Shown here in pieces: positions 34,750 through 41,025 of a stretch of DNA of 42,784 nt. Position numbers and translations under genes: made by a program. How positions within the stretch are numbered: the stretch's first letter is position 1; the number at the start of each line of letters is the position of its first letter. Under the pieces are notes generated by a model that made no database searches, had not been told where the DNA came from, and saw only the letters and a program-made list of their open reading frames with translations. The DNA is from a virus. Location of the stretch: IMG/VR virus record IMGVR_UViG_3300031416_000024, positions 1 through 42,784 of that record; one strand, 5' to 3'.

Positions 34750-35371
34750 TTTCTAAAACCCCGCAAGGCGTGATTGATAAAACCTGAACAGGCTTACGAT
34801 AGTCTGCAACAGGGCGCTTTACATCAAGATTGTAGAGGAATCGCATGAAGTTATCAGGAATATCGCCTGGTTGAATCAGATTAGGAATAGTCCTTAAAAC
34901 CTCAGGCTTAGGCTCAAACTCTCCGCTACCTGTGAATCCCTCAGTCTGGCCGCCAACGTAATTACAAAAAAGCTCCGTAACTTCCTTGGCGCTCATAGCC
35001 ATAGAGTACTCAAAAACCTGTAGAGCGCCGTTCCCGTACTCCATTCCAGCTACGGATCGGAAAACAACCATCATACGATTATTTGCACAAGGATAGCTTG
35101 CAGTCGCTTCGCATGTGATTGTCTCACGGTGCGGAGCGTAAAATTCACCGCGCTTGCTTTTGCGTTTAACATCTTCAAGACCAGATGAGAAAGTTAACGC
35201 TTCTGGTTTTTTTGACTCCAGCGAATCAATGATGGAAGCCCCAGCAGAATTCACTAAACGTTCAAGCGCGGTTTTGTAGATGTGTCCGGTTGCCGAAGAA
35301 ATGACAAAACGAACAACCTCAACATCAAGCCCGTTATCTTCTGAAAACTTATCGATATCGAATTCAACCAT
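34733..35371 (-). CDS. Hypothetical protein
   Basis: 212-aa ORF with a GAGGA RBS. First gene after the promoter at 35404-35432. Confidence 0.6.
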   Translation of the reverse strand: MVEFDIDKFSEDNGLDVEVVRFVISSATGHIYKTALERLVNSAGASIIDSLESKKPEALTFSSGLEDVKRKSKRGEFYAPHRETITCEATASYPCANNRMMVVFRSVAGMEYGNGALQVFEYSMAMSAKEVTELFCNYVGGQTEGFTGSGEFEPKPEVLRTIPNLIQPGDIPDNFMRFLYNLDVKRPVADYRKPVQVLSITPCGVLENAGDN

Positions 35372-35403
35372 TTTTCTAAATCCTCATTTTTAGTAACAGG
35401 CTA

Positions 35404-35432
35404 AGAATGGGCCAAATCTTACCGATTGTCAA
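35404..35432 (-). promoter_or_regulatory. Putative sigma70 promoter (TTGACA-17-CATTCT)
   Basis: The reverse complement reads ACGTTGACA-N17-CATTCT, about 30 nt upstream of the ATG at 35371. Confidence 0.55.
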
Positions 35433-35438
35433 CGTTTT

Positions 35439-36032
35439 ACCCCTCTCCCCCTCTCCCCCTGTATTTGAATTATTTGAGTTTTTTCGTAAGTTAATGATTT
35501 TTATGATTTTTCATTTACTATTTGAAAGTCGCCTACATCTCTATAACTCAATACATACATACAGAGAGGGAGGGTATATAAATACACCCCTCCCCCTCTC
35601 CCTACGTAAGAGGCTAGACAGAGGTTATAAATATAAATAAATAAATATATAAATATATAATAGTATAGTTATCAGGGGGTTAGAGGGGGTATTTGAATGC
35701 AGACACCCTCCTTTTATTGCAATTAAAATCAATGTGTATGATTTATATAGGGAAATTATTTCAGCACAAAAAACCTGAAAAGCGGAATTTTGCAAAAACT
35801 GAGCAAATCAGGCGGCAAGTGGTGGAATTACCTATCAATTAATCGGGCAACACTACAATAAAACCTATCGTAAACCTCAACACTCTCTCCTGTGGTTTAC
35901 AGCACCGACAGGGAGAGAGAGGGAGGGGTGTTTATATTTTTTATTAGCTAGGATGGGAGAGAGAGGGGGTGTGTTTAGTCGGTTCTTGCCAAATACATCA
36001 GGAGAGAGGGGTGTAATTTATACACCCTCTCT
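35439..36032. repeat. Iteron field: ~10 copies of a GGAGAGAGGGGTGT-like polypurine unit in both orientations around a 48-bp ~96% A+T tract
   Basis: G-rich copies on the + strand at 35564, 35675/35685, 35911, 35955 and 36001. C-rich (inverted) copies at 35439-35460, 35584-35603, 35703-35711, 35881-35890 and 36022-36032. AT tract at 35625-35672. No convincing ORF. Confidence 0.8.
35818..35826 (+). repeat. AGTGGTGGA-core motif copy 15
   Basis: cggcaAGTGGTGGAatt; inside the non-coding iteron region. Confidence 0.9.
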
Positions 36033-36059
36033 ATGCGCGAAGTTATAAGGACAGGTAAT

Positions 36060-36082
36060 AAAAAACCCGCACTAGGCGGGTT
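36060..36082 (-). terminator. Rho-independent terminator; 23-nt cassette identical to 5557-5579
   Basis: On the - strand: AACCCGC-CTAGT-GCGGGTT followed by TTTTTTATT. Confidence 0.8.
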
Positions 36083-36103
36083 ATCTTATAATAGCTGGGC
36101 TTC

Positions 36104-36412
36104 TTATTTTGGCTGATAGCCCATTTCCTGGAGAAGGTCGAGACTGTCTTTTACGGAATCAAGGCTTCTTGACTTAATCCTGCTGTGATTTGCTTTCGAT
36201 ACAACCCGTGATACTTGTTTGTGATTTGGCCTCTGCCGGAAAGCCTCAGCGCCGTGAATGATAGTCGTGCTTTCTGTGTTTTCTACACAAGAAACCAGAT
36301 ACCCACTGCAAAATTTACCGTTCACGTTTTTGATTAAACTGTCAGATACGTTGACGCGGTTAATCGTTACGAGCATGCTTCCGTTGTAAAAGCTGTTGAT
36401 GAGTTTAGCCAT
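36104..36412 (-). CDS. Hypothetical protein
   Basis: 102-aa ORF; last gene before the terminator and iteron region. Confidence 0.55.
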   Translation of the reverse strand: MAKLINSFYNGSMLVTINRVNVSDSLIKNVNGKFCSGYLVSCVENTESTTIIHGAEAFRQRPNHKQVSRVVSKANHSRIKSRSLDSVKDSLDLLQEMGYQPK

Positions 36413-36413
36413 T

Positions 36414-36542
36414 TTCTTACTTTTCCTTTTTGCAGTTTTTGCAATTTTCTACAATATAATAAACTGGTTTTTCTGATTTTACCAGACCATGCCGCATGAT
36501 TGTATCAATGCAGCCAGAAACTGGAGATATTTTTTTATCCAT
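36414..36542 (-). CDS. 42-aa CxxC peptide (not in the ORF track)
   Basis: Hand translation: MDKKISPVSGCIDTIMRHGLVKSEKPVYYIVENCKNCKKEK. TGATG overlap with the lipoprotein stop. Fills the gap exactly. Confidence 0.35.
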
Positions 36543-36883
36543 CAGTAAGCTTTCCTGCAATTGAATATTTCAAGGGTATTTCCGCTTTCATTGCCTGTCA
36601 TGGAAAAGGAATTAAACCCTCTGACGTAATCAACGCCGTTCATTGTTGCCCTGCCTCCAGAAAGAACGGGTGACTGCCTGGCGCTACTGCTGCCGCTAAT
36701 CGTGTAAACAAAGTATGACTGCTCAGGATAGTCCTGAACAACAGCGCCATCTTTCATCACAGCCTCTGTGTGACCGCCTTTCTTGTGGCTGACATCGCAA
36801 ATCTGAGTGCGATTAAGCAGGTCGCTACCCATAGAGGAGCATCCAGAAATAACAATGGCACTCATAAGAATTAAGCTTTTCAT
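36542..36883 (-). CDS. Lipoprotein (candidate superinfection-exclusion factor)
   Basis: Signal peptide MKSLILMSAIVISGC with lipobox VISGC; 113 aa; early region. Confidence 0.65.
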   Translation of the reverse strand: MKSLILMSAIVISGCSSMGSDLLNRTQICDVSHKKGGHTEAVMKDGAVVQDYPEQSYFVYTISGSSSARQSPVLSGGRATMNGVDYVRGFNSFSMTGNESGNTLEIFNCRKAY

Positions 36884-36894
36884 TTGTAACCTCT

Positions 36895-36917
36895 ATAAAA
36901 AAGGGGCTTGCGCCCCT
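36895..36917 (-). terminator. Rho-independent terminator
   Basis: On the - strand: AGGGGC-GCAA-GCCCCT followed by TTTTTTAT. Confidence 0.75.
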
Positions 36918-37341
36918 ATGCGATTTTTACGTTACCTAAAACATAGTTTTTGGCAAATACTGCGCAATCAACATCCTTGAAATTTTCCTTCTGACCAGCA
37001 AGGCAGAATCGGATTTTTTTCAAATCTTTGTTGATACCCAAAATCTCAATAGACAATCCGTTGAATTCAAGAGAAAACTCCCGCAAATCCTGGCAGATAT
37101 ATAACCCAGAAATTTCAATTTGGTTAGAAAAATCGTCAAGCAAGGAGCACAGAGCTTTGTTGTAATTTTGGTAAACCGCTGATTTTTGACTTGAAGAAGA
37201 AACTATGAATTTTCCGCTTTCTTTTTCAATAAATCCGACGATGTATGTTTTGCCCTGAATTTCTATCCCAACTTTCCATTGGTCTTCGCTTCTTTCTGTG
37301 AAGTTACGGATAACCGAGTTTGCCTGCATTCTTGATAACAT
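36916..37341 (-). CDS. Hypothetical protein
   Basis: 141-aa ORF with a GAGGG RBS, between a promoter and a terminator. Confidence 0.55.
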   Translation of the reverse strand: MLSRMQANSVIRNFTERSEDQWKVGIEIQGKTYIVGFIEKESGKFIVSSSSQKSAVYQNYNKALCSLLDDFSNQIEISGLYICQDLREFSLEFNGLSIEILGINKDLKKIRFCLAGQKENFKDVDCAVFAKNYVLGNVKIA

Positions 37342-37368
37342 GATTTAACCCTCATTTAGTGAGATTTT

Positions 37369-37398
37369 AAGATAGCACTAAAACTTACAACTTGTCAA
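37369..37398 (-). promoter_or_regulatory. Putative sigma70 promoter (GTGTTGACA-18-TATCTT) embedded in the 3' end of the methyltransferase-like CDS
   Basis: The reverse complement reads AGTGTTGACA-N18-TATCTT upstream of the ATG at 37341. Confidence 0.5.
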
Positions 37399-38089
37399 CA
37401 CTGTATTTTTCAAAAACCGCCCTTGAGAATCCTCTGGGCGTTGCACTTCTGATGTTTTTTGTTTTAAGGGAGTCACCGCCTAGCTGGCTGTATTGTTTGC
37501 TTTTTCCAGCCTCATCATCTGGCACGGTCACAGGTCGTTTCTCTGGCAGCTCAAAACCCCCGCCGCACCAAAGGCCAGTTTTTTTCGTGTAGGCGTCACT
37601 GTCGTTTATCCATTCGCTGTAAAGTGGATGCTTCTCCTTTCCTTCAAGATAGCCTCCGTATTCGAAAGGGTGAAAATATTGCGGCTTCCCGAATAGCTCA
37701 TGGTTTGCAAAAATGCTCACGGGATTTTCAAAAAACCACGGACAACCGCAAATAAGACCTATCATTCTGCACTGCTCGGCAACCATAACAGATTTGGCCC
37801 AAACTAGAGCATCGTTTTTAATTTTGCTTTCAAAGTGCCTTGTGCCGGAAACGGCAACATCAGTACAGGGCGGAAACCCTGCAACAAAAACAATTTCAAA
37901 CTTATCCATGAATTGCCGGATAAGGCCTGAACACTCAACTATCGTTCCGGCCAGCTTAATATACCCTTTTTCTTTTCTGGTTTTACCATGCTGAGGGTCT
38001 ACAAGTATCGCCTCAAATCCAGCATCAACCCAATCAGCGCAAAACAACCCTGTGTAATCACACAGGGATAAGATGGCCTTCTTTTTCAC
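37385..38089 (-). CDS. Small DNA (cytosine-5)-methyltransferase-like protein without an obvious target-recognition domain
   Basis: Motif I-like SLCDYTG, motif IV-like GFPPCTDVAVSG (catalytic PC) and motif VI-like FFENPV. Only 234 aa. Confidence 0.5.
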   Translation of the reverse strand: MKKKAILSLCDYTGLFCADWVDAGFEAILVDPQHGKTRKEKGYIKLAGTIVECSGLIRQFMDKFEIVFVAGFPPCTDVAVSGTRHFESKIKNDALVWAKSVMVAEQCRMIGLICGCPWFFENPVSIFANHELFGKPQYFHPFEYGGYLEGKEKHPLYSEWINDSDAYTKKTGLWCGGGFELPEKRPVTVPDDEAGKSKQYSQLGGDSLKTKNIRSATPRGFSRAVFEKYSVDKL

Positions 38090-40731
38090 TTTTCCACCGC
38101 CTTCTTAATGAATGATTCTCCAGCCGTAGTATCACAGAAATCGGCCCACGTCTGATAGGTGAAGTAAACCATAGTTCCTCTTCCGCGCTGGCCTGGTTTT
38201 GATCGGTATTCAAACTCCTTGATTTTCTGCTCGCTCTTAAGTGTCTGTATAATCAATCTGCGATTTTTAACATCCCCTCCAAGTCGGGTATTCTCAGAAA
38301 TAGCCTGTAACGTAGCGCCTTTAGGCTGTGAGGATATGAAATCATTAACTTCCCTCATTACGCTCTGTTCTTTGGAGTCGGTAATATGGTTTCTTGCCAT
38401 TTCTTCGGATTTCTCGGCGCACCAGCTAACAAACTGGTAAGCGTATAAAAGGCTGTCTTGTTTGATTGATGTAGAATATGGCCTTTCGGCAAGCTCGAAA
38501 ACCATAGCCGTTCTTAAAGTGTTTTCTGTCAGTCGCCCCCATATGCCCGCGTATTTTCCGGCCTCTCTCTTCCTTGCTGTTTCCACTGACTTTATGTAGA
38601 TTTCAAGTTCTTTGGAATCTGCATCTATCGTCATTGCGGTTACATTTTCCTGGCCTTGGACGTACATTTGCGGCGTGTAAATTGATTTAACTCTGTTAAT
38701 CCAGACTCCGACACTTTCAGGTAAAGTGGTATTCATGGGAATCTTACCTTCCCTGTTTCCGCTTCCTATGGAGTTAAGAACCTGGAATCTTGAAAGAAGC
38801 CCGTCTATGATATCGCTTCCGCTGAACGCTTCATAAATCTTTCCTGGGGTAGTCAGCCCATAAATGCTGGGGCAGATTCCGCCAAGGTCCACAACTGCGT
38901 TATTTTTGGCGTCAGCCTTGCTTGCAGTAACGTTGGTTTTTTCTCCATATGAAGTATAGCCATCAAGGATTGCGCGGCGAATCATTTTCTGTGAGACGTT
39001 GGCTCTTTCATGGAAGATATTGGCAAAGAGTTCGCCTATCTCATCCAACATAAAATATCTTCCCTTGTCTTTCACAAGGTCGTTGTAGAATCCCTTATCT
39101 GATACGATATCTTTTGGCCCGATACGGTTGTGATCATAAGCGCACTCTAGCACTTTTTTCGCCATTTTAACTGTCTGACTTTTACCGACAGATGTATCGG
39201 CTATAACCATAAAGTAAAGATTCGTCGTTAGTGTTCCGTAAGAAAATCTTCCGGCAAGGAGAGCGCCAAGAACAGAAAGCGTAAAAGACGCTGCAATCTC
39301 AGGAACGTAAGTAGAGCTGTTTTGCGCCTGCCAACGGAATAGGTCGCAAAGCACTTGCCTGTTTCCCAATCTTTCGAACCAGGATTTAAACTCAGACTCA
39401 TCTGGCATTCCGGCGTTTGGGTCTTTATTTCTGCCCTTTTCAAAAAGTGACTGAAGCATTTTCATCGATTTGGAATTGCTTGAATTCATAATTGACACGG
39501 CCTCTATTCTTGATTCGTCAACGTAGTTGATGTTATTAGTTTTTTTGGCGTGAAGCATTTCTTGCTCTATGATTTCTGGGAGGCAAGAGAAATCAATAAT
39601 CATCACTTCCGGCATTGCTTCAAAATCAACGTGCATAGGTAGAGGAACTTCGTTTTGCACAAAAAGGCAGTTTTTTGATTCATCAACAAAATCAGCAACC
39701 TTTGTTGGCTGCATTTTTACATGGTCTGAAGGGTCAACATAAACCCCTTGCTTTCCTGTGTTTTCAAAACCAAACTCCATTGCAAGCTCAAAAAAGCTCG
39801 CTATCGTCCTTCCGCCAGACCTGTATTTAAAAGATCGCCAGCGTCTTTCACATAACTTGTAGCTAAACTTCCCGCCTAAATGCTGGCGGAGCCAATCAAA
39901 ATAAAGTTGTTTTCCCATGCCGCCAGGTAAAAGTGACTGCAACCCCATTCCGACTTTTAAGCGCTCGTCGTCATTCAGGGAATGGAAATTAAGATAATCC
40001 AAAGCTTCTTTAATCTGGTCTAAGTCATCACTATCAACATCGCGAGCGGTTACGGTAAATCTTTCTGGGGAAAATCGCTTATCGTCAAATCCATCACGAA
40101 TCAGATTTTCAATGGATCGGGGCAGTGGTGGAAAATCCTTCGACAAAAGCAACTCTTCACTTTCTTCCGTCCATTGGTACTTGTTGCCGCTTTTATGGTT
40201 TGACGGGGATAAAAGGATGTAGCCGTTAAATTTAAAATCAACACCAGGGTAGTTTGACCCAAGTCCAGAGGGAGCGGATTTAAAATCACCAGGAGCTTTG
40301 AAAATTAAATGAACGCCTCCGCCTCCGGTTTCTGCGGAAATAGTAGATGTTATTTTTTCCTTGAATGTAGTCTCAAAATCATCAAGGGCCTCAAAGCCGT
40401 TTACTTCAACTCCTTTTACAACGTGGCGATCAATATCAATGACGAAAAGACCGTTTCCTGAACAGTCTAATGCAATATTTGCTTTTGGATATTGCGTCCA
40501 CCAGTAATCTACTTTCTTTAAATCTGAGGTCGAATCAAGACGGCCTTTCGGCACTATCCATTTCCCCTCACTTCCAGCTATAGGGTGTTTCCCAGGGTTA
40601 TTTTGTGAGCCAGGGCCTCCGCAATTTTTATCATTGCAGGCGCACTTTCCTGTATTCTCATCAATCCACCACAAAGGGAAAATTTTGAGTCCAGCCCCTG
40701 CGTACTTCAGAGCCTTCTCTTTATTTTCCAT
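38086..40731 (-). CDS. Bifunctional primase-polymerase fused to a P-loop (DUF3987/D5-like) helicase domain
   Basis: N-terminus ALKYAGAGLKIFPLWW...GKHP with DIDRH acidic motif (prim-pol). Walker A DTSVGKSQ and Walker B MLDEIGE in the C-terminal half. Confidence 0.8.
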   Translation of the reverse strand: MENKEKALKYAGAGLKIFPLWWIDENTGKCACNDKNCGGPGSQNNPGKHPIAGSEGKWIVPKGRLDSTSDLKKVDYWWTQYPKANIALDCSGNGLFVIDIDRHVVKGVEVNGFEALDDFETTFKEKITSTISAETGGGGVHLIFKAPGDFKSAPSGLGSNYPGVDFKFNGYILLSPSNHKSGNKYQWTEESEELLLSKDFPPLPRSIENLIRDGFDDKRFSPERFTVTARDVDSDDLDQIKEALDYLNFHSLNDDERLKVGMGLQSLLPGGMGKQLYFDWLRQHLGGKFSYKLCERRWRSFKYRSGGRTIASFFELAMEFGFENTGKQGVYVDPSDHVKMQPTKVADFVDESKNCLFVQNEVPLPMHVDFEAMPEVMIIDFSCLPEIIEQEMLHAKKTNNINYVDESRIEAVSIMNSSNSKSMKMLQSLFEKGRNKDPNAGMPDESEFKSWFERLGNRQVLCDLFRWQAQNSSTYVPEIAASFTLSVLGALLAGRFSYGTLTTNLYFMVIADTSVGKSQTVKMAKKVLECAYDHNRIGPKDIVSDKGFYNDLVKDKGRYFMLDEIGELFANIFHERANVSQKMIRRAILDGYTSYGEKTNVTASKADAKNNAVVDLGGICPSIYGLTTPGKIYEAFSGSDIIDGLLSRFQVLNSIGSGNREGKIPMNTTLPESVGVWINRVKSIYTPQMYVQGQENVTAMTIDADSKELEIYIKSVETARKREAGKYAGIWGRLTENTLRTAMVFELAERPYSTSIKQDSLLYAYQFVSWCAEKSEEMARNHITDSKEQSVMREVNDFISSQPKGATLQAISENTRLGGDVKNRRLIIQTLKSEQKIKEFEYRSKPGQRGRGTMVYFTYQTWADFCDTTAGESFIKKAVEK
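40124..40132 (+). repeat. AGTGGTGGA-core motif copy 16
   Basis: ggggcAGTGGTGGAaaa; antisense to the primase (F-P-P-L frame). Confidence 0.9.
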
Positions 40732-40735
40732 ATGC

Positions 40736-40954
40736 CTAAATTCCTAATGAAATTTTTATATTATGCTTTTTTGCAACAGCTTCGATTGCTTTGATGTGCG
40801 CTTCTTTTTTAGGCAGCAGCTTTTTTGATTTGTACCAGTTAAGGATAGCTGAGTGAGTGATTTTTACCCCTTCGCTTTCCATCTCCAAGGCAAGCTTTGC
40901 TACCCCGCCGATACTGTGAATAAGGTTGTCCAGGCTCGATGTAATCACTTGCAA
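40736..40954 (-). CDS. Cro/YdaS-like HTH regulator
   Basis: VAKLALEMESEGVKITHSAILNWYK looks like an HTH. First gene of the leftward arm. The start is TTG 40954 or GTG 40948, after AGGAAA. Confidence 0.5.
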   Translation of the reverse strand: MQVITSSLDNLIHSIGGVAKLALEMESEGVKITHSAILNWYKSKKLLPKKEAHIKAIEAVAKKHNIKISLGI

Positions 40955-40962
40955 TTTCCTGT

Positions 40963-40979
40963 TGACACAATGTTAGAAT
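40963..40979 (+). promoter_or_regulatory. Putative rightward promoter with extended -10 (TGtTAGAAT)
   Basis: TGTTAGAAT at 40971-40979. A TTGACA at 40963-40968 is too close to be its -35. Confidence 0.45.
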
Positions 40980-40985
40980 GAGTCC

Positions 40986-41014
40986 ACTATACACAACACC
41001 AAAGCACTTAACAA
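40986..41014 (-). promoter_or_regulatory. Putative leftward promoter (TTGTTA-17-TATAGT)
   Basis: The reverse complement reads TTGTTA-N17-TATAGT. Its -10 is interdigitated with the rightward -10. Confidence 0.5.
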
Positions 41015-41025
41015 GGGGGTTAAGC

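Noticed and set aside
35407-35640. 77-aa + strand ORF in the track
   Set aside because: It runs through the polypyrimidine/AT-rich iteron DNA and gives a low-complexity translation. It has no RBS and lies opposite to all neighbouring genes.
35439-36032. CRISPR array or tandem satellite in the repeat-rich intergenic region
   Set aside because: The repeats are short, imperfect and in both orientations. They lack uniform repeat and spacer lengths, and there are no cas genes.
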